From Candidatus Didemnitutus sp. (GTDB lineage: Bacteria; Bacteroidota; Ignavibacteria; Kapaibacteriales; Kapaibacteriaceae): DNA of 58,238 bases. The notes below the pieces were generated by a model. The model did not search any database. It saw only the letters and a list, made by a program, of their open reading frames with translations, and was not told the DNA's origin. The stretch spans positions 1 to 58,238 of the forward strand of contig DATGWS010000231.1 of assembly GCA_035299365.1 (NCBI GenBank). Direction: 5' to 3'. Positions 43,335 through 52,957 of this stretch are shown here, one piece after another; position 1 is the first letter of the stretch; the number at the start of each line of letters is the position of its first letter. The position numbers and the translations under genes are program-made.

Positions 43335-43367
43335 CTATGTTTGCACTGCAGCATTACGAGTGAATTT

Positions 43368-44765
43368 ATGACGAACGCCGCCCGGTTTTCCTACGACGAC
43401 TTGCAGATCATTGCAGGAGGCGCTGCTGCGCACCTTCCTCGATCTATCAGCATCTGCGGTGTGAGTACCGATACGCGCACACTTGTACCCGGCAATGTCT
43501 TTGTGGCACTTCGTGGTGAAAATTTTGACGGGCATGATCATATCCCAACTGCCATTGCCAAAGGCGCTGCCCTCATCATTGCTGAACATGCACACGAATC
43601 GGGCATGGCTGATGGTAACTCCGGTGATGTTCCGTTACTTATCGTGCCATCTACATTGCAGTGCCTAGGGTCATTTGGTTGGTATCATCGCGGAAGATTC
43701 ACCATCCCCATTGTGGCCATTGCCGGAGCAGCCGGCAAAACCTCAACCAAGGATCTCACGGCCCATGTGTTGTCGTCAACAATGCGTGTTCTCAAAACGC
43801 AGGCCAACTATAATAATCAGATCGGAACGCCCCTTACCCTTCTCCAGCTCACCGACGAGCACGATGTTGCTGTGATAGAAATCGGGACGAATGAGCCGGG
43901 CGAGATAGAGACACTCTGCGCTATGGTGCAGCCAACTCTTGGTCTCATTACCAACGTTGGGAAGGAACATCTGGAGAAGCTCATCGATCTTGATGGAGTT
44001 GAACGAGAAGAAACAGCTCTCTTTGACTGGCTTCGGGAGCACAATGGGCTGGCTTTTGTAAACATGGACGACGAACGGTTGCAGAAGTACGGCACAACGT
44101 TCACCAGGTGTATCACCTTTGGAATTGAATCAACGGCGGAGATCCATCCCACCATCTCCTTTGATGCCGATGTGCGTCCCACCGTGCATATCGTCCACGG
44201 AACATTTACCTTCCGCGCCCAGATGCGCGCTCACGGACTCGCTGCTGCCTACAATGCAGCGTGTGCATTGGCGGTAGCATGGGCAATGCAGATCCATCCT
44301 GCAGATGTTCAAAAAGCGCTGTCGACCTACGAGCCCCCTATCACACACGGGTATGGTAGGATGTCTGTTGAGCGTGTAGCCGGACTTACCATTCTCAATG
44401 ATTCGTACAATGCAAACCCTGAGTCGATGGTGATGGCCCTCCGAACATTACGTCACTTCCCTGCTGAACATCGCGTTGCCGTGCTTGGTGATATGCGTGA
44501 GTTGGGTGCCGCTTCTGAAGAGGAACATGTCCATATCATTTCCGTGGCCGAGAACAACGCAGATCTCGTGATCCTTATCGGAGAAGAGTTTCGCAGAGCA
44601 ATAGAGTCCACCGAGGACGAGCGGGTAGTCTTCCATGAAACACATCGCGGTTGTGCTGTGGATCTGTTAGATCACGTAGGTCAAGGCGTTGTGGTTTTGG
44701 TGAAGGGGTCTCGCGGCATGCACATGGAACGTGTGATCGAACACTTGCAAGGGATTGGGGCCTAA
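43368..44765 (+). CDS. murF: UDP-MurNAc-tripeptide--D-Ala-D-Ala ligase MurF
   Basis: ATG 43368. 'STDTRTLVPGNVFVALRGENFDGHD', P-loop 'AIAGAAGKTSTKD', 'NDSYNANPESM'. Confidence 0.85.
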   Translation: MTNAARFSYDDLQIIAGGAAAHLPRSISICGVSTDTRTLVPGNVFVALRGENFDGHDHIPTAIAKGAALIIAEHAHESGMADGNSGDVPLLIVPSTLQCLGSFGWYHRGRFTIPIVAIAGAAGKTSTKDLTAHVLSSTMRVLKTQANYNNQIGTPLTLLQLTDEHDVAVIEIGTNEPGEIETLCAMVQPTLGLITNVGKEHLEKLIDLDGVEREETALFDWLREHNGLAFVNMDDERLQKYGTTFTRCITFGIESTAEIHPTISFDADVRPTVHIVHGTFTFRAQMRAHGLAAAYNAACALAVAWAMQIHPADVQKALSTYEPPITHGYGRMSVERVAGLTILNDSYNANPESMVMALRTLRHFPAEHRVAVLGDMRELGAASEEEHVHIISVAENNADLVILIGEEFRRAIESTEDERVVFHETHRGCAVDLLDHVGQGVVVLVKGSRGMHMERVIEHLQGIGA

Positions 44766-44767
44766 TT

Positions 44768-45898
44768 ATGCTGTATCAATTGGCGTTATGGATTCGCTCC
44801 ATGATGGACGTACCAGGGATTAACCTCTTCGGCTACGTTACCTTCCGTGCAGCGGCAGCTGCCATCTTTGCCCTCCTCATTGCCATCCTCCTTGGTCCAA
44901 GCATCATCGCTGCACTCAAACGCAGGCAGATCGGTGAGCAGGCCAAATCGGAATTGCAACAAGTTGGTGGACATTCTCTTAAGGCCGGAACGCCAACGAT
45001 GGGCGGACTCATCGTACTTGCTGCCGTGCTAATCCCAACGCTCCTCTGGGCCAACATCATGAACATGTATGTTGTGATGGCAGTGTTCACAACCGCTGCG
45101 TTGGGAGCCGTGGGTTTTCTTGATGACTATCTCAAGGTGATCAAGAAATATCCTAAGGGGCTTATTGGACGATACAAGATCGTTGGTCAGGTTGTGGTTG
45201 GCTTCATTGTTGGTGGTTCCATCTACTTCTTTCCGGAGTGGTATTCCACCGAGCTTGTTCCATGGAAGACACTCACCACGGTCCCATTTCAGAAGATGTC
45301 GAACTTTGATTTCGGCATCCTCTACATCCCTCTTGTGATTTTCATCATCACGGCAACGTCCAACGCCGTGAACCTCACGGACGGGCTCGATGGTCTGTGC
45401 ATCGGCACTGTTGGTGTAAGCGCTCTCACACTTGCTGTTATAGCCTATTTCAGCGGCAACGCTTTTTTTGCGGACTATCTCAACATCATGCACCTTGGTG
45501 GCACCGATGAGCTGGCCATCTTCTGTGCAGCAATCGTTGGCGCTGCCATGGGGTTCTTGTGGTATAACGCCTATCCCGCCCAGGTCTTTATGGGAGACAC
45601 CGGCTCACTCGCACTTGGCGGAGCCATTGGTGTGCTTTGTGTCCTCATAAAGAAGGAGTTCCTCCTACCCATCGTAGGGGGCGTCTTCTTTGCCGAGACC
45701 ATGTCTGTTATCCTCCAAGTACTCTGGTTCAAGTACACCAAGAAGCGCTATGGAGAAGGTAGACGCATTTTCCGCATGGCCCCCTTCCATCATCACTTTG
45801 AAAAGAGCGGCTGGCACGAATCCAAGATCGTCACACGATTCTATATCGTGGCCATCATGCTTGCCATCATTACGATGGCCACATTCAAGGTCCGGTGA
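44768..45898 (+). CDS. mraY: phospho-N-acetylmuramoyl-pentapeptide transferase MraY
   Basis: Trimmed to ATG 44768. 'GTPTMGG', 'NAVNLTDGLDGL', 'MGDTGSLALGG', 'APFHHHFE'. Confidence 0.9.
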   Translation: MLYQLALWIRSMMDVPGINLFGYVTFRAAAAAIFALLIAILLGPSIIAALKRRQIGEQAKSELQQVGGHSLKAGTPTMGGLIVLAAVLIPTLLWANIMNMYVVMAVFTTAALGAVGFLDDYLKVIKKYPKGLIGRYKIVGQVVVGFIVGGSIYFFPEWYSTELVPWKTLTTVPFQKMSNFDFGILYIPLVIFIITATSNAVNLTDGLDGLCIGTVGVSALTLAVIAYFSGNAFFADYLNIMHLGGTDELAIFCAAIVGAAMGFLWYNAYPAQVFMGDTGSLALGGAIGVLCVLIKKEFLLPIVGGVFFAETMSVILQVLWFKYTKKRYGEGRRIFRMAPFHHHFEKSGWHESKIVTRFYIVAIMLAIITMATFKVR

Positions 45899-46629
45899 TT
45901 CCTTTCTTTGTCCATGGTGCATTTGAGTATCTGGCATATGCCACGGCATATTGGGTCTACCTGCGTCAGCGTAAACTCATAGCCGACCCTTATACCGCAA
46001 ATGAGCGAACATCCCTGTTTCTCGCAGCTGCAATTGGTGGCGTCATTGGAGCCCATGCTTTGGGTATCTGCGAAGTACTCAATCAAGTGCCGTCGATGTC
46101 GATCTTTGAGATCTCACAGCAGAAGACGATAGTGGGTGGAATTCTCGGGGCAACACTCGCAACAGAAATTGCGAAGTACATTCGCAAAAGAGATCAAAGT
46201 ACTGGTGACCTTTTAGTAGTTCCGATAGCGGTTGCCATTATCATTGGTCGGATTGGATGTCATCTTGTTGCACTCCATGATGGTACATACGGCTCTCCGA
46301 CAGACGGTGTGTTTGGCTATGACCACGGAGACGGCATCCTTCGACATCCAACGAGTCTGATAGAGATGTTTTGCGTTTCAATCGTCGTTCTAGTCCTTTC
46401 CTTAACGAAGCGTCATATCCGACCTGGGGATATGTACCGGTATTTTATGGCATCCTATATGGGCATTCGGCTGGGTCTCGATGCTTTGAAGCCATCAGCT
46501 GTTTCCTTCTCGTATGGTACTGCGCACATATCAGTACTCCAGATAGCTGAGTTGATCGGGGCGCTGTATTTTCTTTTTGGAACCGGCATCGTGGCATCTA
46601 TCTTGAGCAATAGAGCACAAAGGAGTTAG
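45895..46629 (+). CDS. divergent Lgt-like (prolipoprotein diacylglyceryl transferase family) membrane protein
   Basis: GTG overlaps the mraY stop (GTGA). About 7 TM segments. 'IIGRIGCHLV' resembles Lgt 'GR(I/L)GN', and 'LRHPTSLIEMF' resembles Lgt 'HPxxLYE'. Confidence 0.5.
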   Translation: MIPFFVHGAFEYLAYATAYWVYLRQRKLIADPYTANERTSLFLAAAIGGVIGAHALGICEVLNQVPSMSIFEISQQKTIVGGILGATLATEIAKYIRKRDQSTGDLLVVPIAVAIIIGRIGCHLVALHDGTYGSPTDGVFGYDHGDGILRHPTSLIEMFCVSIVVLVLSLTKRHIRPGDMYRYFMASYMGIRLGLDALKPSAVSFSYGTAHISVLQIAELIGALYFLFGTGIVASILSNRAQRS

Positions 46630-46630
46630 T

Positions 46631-46903
46631 ATGCCAGACAATCATAGGGAGGACGAATTTCCTGATTGGATCATCATAGTTAACCTCGTTACGGGGTTGT
46701 TGTGGGTATTTATATCGGTGAAGTTCTTTAGCTACGGCGGCTTAATTCTTGCTGCTGCCACCCCTGTAGCACTTGCTGTTGAGAACGTTGCATTGATATT
46801 CTTCATACGGTCTCGGATTGCTCGACGAAAGGTACTCGTACTTGCACTATCGTATTTCCTTGTTTGGGGCACGTGCAGCATTGGCCTTGTAATGGCAAGT
46901 TGA
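46631..46903 (+). CDS. small (90-aa) three-TM membrane protein, no recognised family
   Basis: Starts 1 nt after the Lgt-like stop. Hydrophobic segments 'WIIIVNLVTGLLWVFISV', 'GGLILAAATPVALAV' and 'VLVLALSYFLVWGTCSIGLV'. Confidence 0.45.
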   Translation: MPDNHREDEFPDWIIIVNLVTGLLWVFISVKFFSYGGLILAAATPVALAVENVALIFFIRSRIARRKVLVLALSYFLVWGTCSIGLVMAS

Positions 46904-46925
46904 TGTCCATTAATCGCACTTTGAA

Positions 46926-48335
46926 ATGAACAGACCATATACCTACTACGATTTCACGCAAAGCATTTGCAACGTCTGTCTGAGGCGCTTGGACGCAAAG
47001 ATTGTATTTGAAGGTTCGAATGTTGTCATGCTGAAGGAATGCCGCGAGCATGGACACCAGCGCAACATCCTTGCCTCAGATATTGAGTACTATAAGCGCT
47101 GCCGAGAATTCATCAAACCCGGAGAGATTCCTCAGCGTTTCGGTACAAAGACGGAGTATGGCTGTCCGTACGATTGCGGTCTGTGTACTGATCATGAGCA
47201 GCATTCTTGCTTAACCTTGATCGAAGTCACAGATCGGTGTAATCTGACGTGCCCAACATGTTACGCCTCGAGCAGTCCACATTCCGGTCGACATCGAACT
47301 CTCGATGAGATTCGTCGCATGCTGGACGTCATCGTTGAGAGTGAGGGTAATCCGGATGTGGTACAGCTGAGCGGTGGCGAGCCAACGATCCACCCTGAGT
47401 TCTTCGCTATTGTTGATGAAGCAAAGCTCAGACCGATCAGGCACCTTATGGTCAATACGAATGGTGTTCGTATTGCCAATGATCGCGACTTCGTGGCTCG
47501 ACTAGCAACGTATCAACCTGGTTTTGAAGTTTACCTGCAGTTTGATTCCTTTCGCGGTTCAGTCCATGAGCGTCTGCGGGGTAAGGATCTGACGGAAGTC
47601 CGTGCTAAAGCACTTGAGCATTTGAATGAGTTCAACGTATCGACTACCCTGGTGGCAACCCTTGAGCGGGGTGTTAATGACGATGAGATCGGTTCGATCA
47701 TAGACTTTGCCCTGAAGCAACCATGTGTTCGTGGAGTAACATTTCAGCCGACCCAACAGGCAGGGCGCTTAGACTCATTCGATCGCCACGCTGGCGGACT
47801 CACTCTAACGGACGTTCGTAGAATGGTCATCGAACAGACATCTCTGTTCACGCAGGAGGATCTGGTTCCGGTTCCCTGCAATCCGGATGCTCTCTGTATG
47901 GCATATGCCTTGAAGTACCAGAACAGTGTTTATCCGCTTACCCGCCTTTTTTCACCACAAGATCTATTGGACGGAACGCGGAACACCATTGTATTTGAGG
48001 AAGAACAAACCATTCGTGAGCGTGCTTTTCGACTGTTCTCCACCGGTACACCTTCGGAATGTGCGTCTGAAGCACTAGAAGATCTGCTATGTTGTCTTCC
48101 ACGTATCGATGCGCCGTCACTTGAGTATAGCAACCTCTTTCGCATCATCATCATGCAGTTTTTAGACCCAACCATATTTGATGTCCGATCAGTTAAGAGA
48201 TCATGCGTCCACATCGTTCACCCAGACGGTAGAATCATTCCGTTTGACACAATGAATCTGTTTTATCGCGACGGACTTGAGGGTCACACGAAACAACTTC
48301 AAATGGAACGTGCAAGATCATGGCCACAGAATTAG
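46926..48335 (+). CDS. multi-cluster radical SAM enzyme with N-terminal Cys/His (rubredoxin-like) module
   Basis: CX3CX2C 'CNLTCPTCY' plus 'LSGGEPT'. Upstream Cys-rich 'CPYDCGLCTDHEQHSC'. N-terminal 'CNVC...ECREHGH'. Further conserved-looking Cys lie near the C-terminus. Confidence 0.8.
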   Translation: MNRPYTYYDFTQSICNVCLRRLDAKIVFEGSNVVMLKECREHGHQRNILASDIEYYKRCREFIKPGEIPQRFGTKTEYGCPYDCGLCTDHEQHSCLTLIEVTDRCNLTCPTCYASSSPHSGRHRTLDEIRRMLDVIVESEGNPDVVQLSGGEPTIHPEFFAIVDEAKLRPIRHLMVNTNGVRIANDRDFVARLATYQPGFEVYLQFDSFRGSVHERLRGKDLTEVRAKALEHLNEFNVSTTLVATLERGVNDDEIGSIIDFALKQPCVRGVTFQPTQQAGRLDSFDRHAGGLTLTDVRRMVIEQTSLFTQEDLVPVPCNPDALCMAYALKYQNSVYPLTRLFSPQDLLDGTRNTIVFEEEQTIRERAFRLFSTGTPSECASEALEDLLCCLPRIDAPSLEYSNLFRIIIMQFLDPTIFDVRSVKRSCVHIVHPDGRIIPFDTMNLFYRDGLEGHTKQLQMERARSWPQN

Positions 48336-49651
48336 ACCCAGATGATAAGGTCTGGGTGGTGTCTGCCGATATGGGCTACGGACACATGCGTGCGGCATTT
48401 CCGTTTCGTGGGGTTGCTGATGGCGGCGTAATAGCTGCCGGTGATAATGAGCTTGCAGCTGAATCTGAGCGGAAGTTGTGGCGACGCTATCTTCGACTGT
48501 ATGAAGTGTTTTCTCGCGCTAAGGGTGTTCCGTTAGTTGGGAAGCAGCTATTTGGAGTCCTCGATTCGCTACTTCATATCCCATCGCTCTACCCTATTCG
48601 CAACCTATCGCATACCACGTATCAGGTGGAGATGCTCGATAAACAACTAAAAAGGGGGCTTGGGGCCGGTATTGCGCGAATCATTGAAGGAAAACGTCAG
48701 CCCCTTCTCACCTCATTCTATGTGCCGGCTCTTGTTGCAGATAAGGCCGGACACGAACCGATCTATTGCATCATCTGCGACGCTGATCTGAACAGAGTCT
48801 GGGTTGCAAAGGATCCGTGGGAGTCCTCGATCAACTATTTCGTCCCGTGCGGAAAGGCCGCCCAGCGGTTGAAGTCGTATGGAGTGTCAGAGGACCGAAT
48901 ATTCTTAACAGGATTCCCGCTCGATGACTCGTTACTAGGCGGACGAGAGCTCTCAACGCTCAAGAGTGATCTTTCCATCCGACTCAAGGTGTTGGATCCC
49001 AATCGTCGGTTTCACACGCTCCACGGAAAGAACGCCGAACATTTCCTTGGTCCCGACGGATCCCATCCCGTACCCACAGATCGGGTCTTGACCATAACCT
49101 ATGCCGTAGGCGGTGCCGGTGCACTAAAAGAGATCGGCGCCTCCCTACTACGTACGTTCAAGGAGAGATTGCAGGCCGGAACAATGCAGCTGAACCTGGT
49201 TGCTGGCACACGTGACGAGGTTCGAGGCTGGTTTGAACAACAAAAGCAAGAGATCGTTGGTCGGGACGCTCGTGTAAAGGTGATCTACGGTCAAACTCTT
49301 GACGAATATTTTACGGCCTTCAATTTGGCTATTCGTTCCACGGATGTGCTCTGGACAAAACCGAGCGAACTCTCTTTTTATGCTGGACTTGGCCTTCCCG
49401 TTATCATGACGCCGACCATTGGGTCGCAAGAGAAATTCAATCGGAAATGGTTGCTGGAGATCGGCTCCGGAATGCGCCAGGAAAATCCGGACTACGCCAA
49501 TGAGTGGCTCTTTGACCTACTCGACAAGGGCAGGCTGGCAGACATGGCTTGGCTTGGTTTTCTTAGAGCGCGGAAGCTAGGATACTATCATATTCTTGAT
49601 GTACTACGTACAAGGTCGTTTCTCAAGTCGGACAACCCATTACATCGGTGA
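48320..49651 (+). CDS. GT28 / MGDG-synthase (UgtP)-like glycosyltransferase
   Basis: 16-nt overlap with the radical SAM gene. 'VVSADMGYGHMRAA', 'IFLTGFPLD', 'YAVGGAGA', 'VLWTKPSELSFYAGLGLPVIMTPTIGSQEKFN'. Confidence 0.6.
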   Translation: MATELDPDDKVWVVSADMGYGHMRAAFPFRGVADGGVIAAGDNELAAESERKLWRRYLRLYEVFSRAKGVPLVGKQLFGVLDSLLHIPSLYPIRNLSHTTYQVEMLDKQLKRGLGAGIARIIEGKRQPLLTSFYVPALVADKAGHEPIYCIICDADLNRVWVAKDPWESSINYFVPCGKAAQRLKSYGVSEDRIFLTGFPLDDSLLGGRELSTLKSDLSIRLKVLDPNRRFHTLHGKNAEHFLGPDGSHPVPTDRVLTITYAVGGAGALKEIGASLLRTFKERLQAGTMQLNLVAGTRDEVRGWFEQQKQEIVGRDARVKVIYGQTLDEYFTAFNLAIRSTDVLWTKPSELSFYAGLGLPVIMTPTIGSQEKFNRKWLLEIGSGMRQENPDYANEWLFDLLDKGRLADMAWLGFLRARKLGYYHILDVLRTRSFLKSDNPLHR

Positions 49652-49723
49652 TAAAATACGTGGCCTCGCGTAACGTGTTAGCACGAATGCAGTTAATGGT
49701 GCATACCTCCTACTTGGAATTCC

Positions 49724-52700
49724 ATGTTCAGACATCTACTCCTGACAATTTCAGTGCTCGTTGTAGCACTTGGCTTCGCTTTTGTACCCTCAATTCAAGC
49801 CCAACAGAAGGCATTTCGAAATTTCGACATTGAAGTAAAAGGTCAGCCCGCCCCCGGGTATTACATCATCGGCGAGGTATCAACAGATTCCTTTGCCGTG
49901 ATGGATCATGCCGGCAAATACATGTATAAGGCGGGGATCGGAGATCATGCCAACATCCAAACCTATGGTGGGAAGTGGATCACGTACTTCATCACCAACA
50001 ACGGGAAACAAGCCTTTGTTCGGCTCGATAAGAACATGAACGTGATTGATACCATGAGATCGTCCGCTGACTACGACACGGACTTCCATGAAGCACGTAT
50101 CATTACCGACACCTCGTATTACATCTTGGGTCAAGAGATACTCCAAATTGACATGTCACAAGTAGTGTCAGGGGGCAGACCAGACGCCTACGTCATTGCG
50201 AATGTGATCGAAGAACGTTCGTTCAGCGGCAATACGCTCTTCTCCTGGAGATCCATTGAACACATCCCGGTAACCGATGCGGCACCGAGTATTGACCTGA
50301 CGGCTGCCGGCATCGATTACATGCACGTGAACTCGATCACCATGGCTCGTGATGGAAACATCATCATCTCAGCACGGCATCTCAGCGAAGTGATCAAGAT
50401 CAATCGTCAGACCGGCGCCATCATGTGGAGACTTGGCGGATCAGATTCCAAGAACAATCAGTTTCAATTCCTCAATGATACAACGGATGGATACTTCGGT
50501 TTCTCCAGTCAACACAGTGCATTTGAAACAGCCGATGGAACCATCCTCTTGTTCGACAATGGCAACACAAAGCCAACAGTCCGTTCGCGTGCAGTTGAGT
50601 ATGCGATAGACCTCAATGCAATGACGGCAAGAAAGGTCTTTGAATTCTCGCCCGACCCTCCTGCCTACGCATCGAGTATGGGAAGCGTCCAAGAACTCGA
50701 GAATGGGAATATCCTCATAGGATATGGCTCGGGATCAAATCGAACAGTTGCACAAGAGGTTACGCGGGATGGTGCAATCCAGATCCAGATAACGAATAAT
50801 GCCACGATTGGATTTGCCGCCTATCGGGTGATCAAGAGCGAATTGTTCATGACGGGCGTTTTTAAGCGATTCTCTACCTCTGGTACAATTCCTTTTTCTA
50901 AAGGTGATAGTTCCACGCACGTTACTGCAACCATCACCCGTGTAGATGAGGCAACCTCTGCTGTCGTTGAGAGACATTCGTATTCTCCTCATGCAATTGA
51001 TTTTGCCTCAGATGCTGGTTGTGGTGTGATCCCAGCCCGCTGGGTTGTGAGGTTCAAAAAACCAGCGAAGGTTGACGGGAGTCTAGACTTCGAACTCGAT
51101 GAAATTCCTTCCATTGAATTCCCGGAAAAGATCAAGCTCTTCCGTAGGGCCATTGAGGGCAGTGGTGATTTTACACTTGTGAATGCAACGTACTCGGCAT
51201 CAACCGGACGCCTCACTGTGTCCGGCATCACCAACGGCGAGTACATGCTCGCCTATCCGGAGTGTTTTGCTCCAACGCTCACAAGCCCCCTGCATGCTAG
51301 TGTTGAAGTAGATACGTTGCCAAAATTTACGTGGACAACTGCCGTTGGTGGTGGTGAGTATCAGGCAGAGTTTAGCACAGACGAGGGTTTTGTCAATGTT
51401 CCCACGCGGTTCACAACGCGGAGACTCGACACAACACTTACGATCAAGGCAAGGGGCACAACATTCTTTTGGAGAGTGCGTGCAAAGACAACGAGCGGTT
51501 ACGGACCTTGGTCCACGATCAGCAGATTCACAACCAAACTGCCTGCTCCTCAGATCATTAGTCCGAAGATCGACAAGGACACGGTTGCTGTATTGCGCTC
51601 TGCTGAATTCTCGTGGATACAATCACCAGGGGCTGATGGGTATCGCGTTCGCATTGAAAGAACTGATGTATCTGAGACCATCATCGATACGATAGTCATT
51701 GGTCAGAAGTTTGTACCAGGTAGCCGTCTTCTTCCAAACACGAAGTATTCCTGGATCGTTACGTCGATCAAAGGAAATGTAACGAGCGCATCAAGTGTTC
51801 GAGAGACCTTCATCACTGCACTACCAGCACCACAGCTTCAGAAGCCTGCTGCTGAAGCAACGAATGTTGCTACCGTTAATGTAACGTTCCAATGGACGCC
51901 TGTGCCGTCGGCGCTGAAATACATCCTTACGATCGTTAATGCTACAGATGGCACAACGGTCATTCGAGACTCCGTCATTCAAGGGTCACTTGTTGTAGCC
52001 ACCTTGCCGGCCGCTTCACGATTTGAGTGGACCTGTTATGCTATGGGTCGGTACGGTCGCGGTGAACACGCAACCCCAATGTTCTTCACAACTGCTGCCT
52101 CTTTGAATCTTTCTCAACCATTCCTGCTTGGTCCAAAGTCCACAGGCAATGTTGACACATCGAATGTCCTCTTTACATGGTCACCTGTTGCCAATGCCCA
52201 GGTGTATGACCTCCAGGTCAGTTCATCTGGCTCGTTCACTACACCGGATACGTCGTTGATTGGTCTCACAGATACACGTTGGACGGCACCACGACTGAAG
52301 TCCGGTAGCGTATATGAATGGCGTGTGATCGCTCGTGCAGAAAATGCAATCAGCCCATGGTCACGTACGGCAACGTTCACCACAGCAGCAGCAAGCAGTG
52401 GTGGTGGGCTCACACCTCTTGTCCCTCTCGCCGGTAGCGTTAATGTGCCGGTTTCCGGCGTCTTTATGTACACAACGTCCGAGAACTACACTTCATATAC
52501 GGTTCTTGTTGATACGATCGGCACATTCGATGGTCCATTACTCTCGATCTCGTCTGACAATGGAACGGCAGCATACTCCGGCTTGGCAGCGTCAACACAA
52601 TACTTCTGGAAGGTTGTAGGACGCACGAAGTCCGGTAGTGATGAAGAAGGTCCTAGCGCTCGATTCGAAACGGTTGGTATCACCAGTGGTCTTGCAGAGA

Positions 52701-52957
52701 CATCAGAGCTGTTGAGTACAGTGACGCTTGTTGGCAATAGAATCTTCATTCGTGATGGGGAAGAATTGCCAGACGTTCAGTCAGTGAACATCTACAACGT
52801 TCAAGGTCGACTTCTCCAGTCCATTCATTGGCCTACCGGCTCTGATAATGCGCACATTGAGACTCAACTCAACCCCGGAGTCTACATCGTTCATGTGCAT
52901 GGTACGGACGCTTCAGATCCGGTTAAGGCGTATACCGTATTCCAACCGTACCGATGA
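49724..52957 (+). CDS. secreted arylsulfotransferase (ASST)-like beta-propeller protein with five FN3-like repeats and a T9SS CTD
   Basis: Signal peptide. 'DFHEARII', 'IDYMHVNSITMARDGNIIISARHLSEVIKINRQTGAIMWRLGG', 'SSQHSAFETADGTILLFDNGN'. Five ~90-97-aa repeats (about nt 51270-52680) each carry 'F.W...(G/A)..Y' and 'Y.W.V' and end in 'F(T/E)T' or 'FIT'. C-terminus 'VNIYNVQGRLLQSI...PGVYIVHVHG'. Confidence 0.65.
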   Translation: MFRHLLLTISVLVVALGFAFVPSIQAQQKAFRNFDIEVKGQPAPGYYIIGEVSTDSFAVMDHAGKYMYKAGIGDHANIQTYGGKWITYFITNNGKQAFVRLDKNMNVIDTMRSSADYDTDFHEARIITDTSYYILGQEILQIDMSQVVSGGRPDAYVIANVIEERSFSGNTLFSWRSIEHIPVTDAAPSIDLTAAGIDYMHVNSITMARDGNIIISARHLSEVIKINRQTGAIMWRLGGSDSKNNQFQFLNDTTDGYFGFSSQHSAFETADGTILLFDNGNTKPTVRSRAVEYAIDLNAMTARKVFEFSPDPPAYASSMGSVQELENGNILIGYGSGSNRTVAQEVTRDGAIQIQITNNATIGFAAYRVIKSELFMTGVFKRFSTSGTIPFSKGDSSTHVTATITRVDEATSAVVERHSYSPHAIDFASDAGCGVIPARWVVRFKKPAKVDGSLDFELDEIPSIEFPEKIKLFRRAIEGSGDFTLVNATYSASTGRLTVSGITNGEYMLAYPECFAPTLTSPLHASVEVDTLPKFTWTTAVGGGEYQAEFSTDEGFVNVPTRFTTRRLDTTLTIKARGTTFFWRVRAKTTSGYGPWSTISRFTTKLPAPQIISPKIDKDTVAVLRSAEFSWIQSPGADGYRVRIERTDVSETIIDTIVIGQKFVPGSRLLPNTKYSWIVTSIKGNVTSASSVRETFITALPAPQLQKPAAEATNVATVNVTFQWTPVPSALKYILTIVNATDGTTVIRDSVIQGSLVVATLPAASRFEWTCYAMGRYGRGEHATPMFFTTAASLNLSQPFLLGPKSTGNVDTSNVLFTWSPVANAQVYDLQVSSSGSFTTPDTSLIGLTDTRWTAPRLKSGSVYEWRVIARAENAISPWSRTATFTTAAASSGGGLTPLVPLAGSVNVPVSGVFMYTTSENYTSYTVLVDTIGTFDGPLLSISSDNGTAAYSGLAASTQYFWKVVGRTKSGSDEEGPSARFETVGITSGLAETSELLSTVTLVGNRIFIRDGEELPDVQSVNIYNVQGRLLQSIHWPTGSDNAHIETQLNPGVYIVHVHGTDASDPVKAYTVFQPYR

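Noticed and set aside
47013-47021. GGTTCGAAT, resembling a tRNA T-loop.
   Set aside because: It lies inside the radical SAM coding frame. No acceptor stem, D-arm or anticodon arm can be drawn around it.
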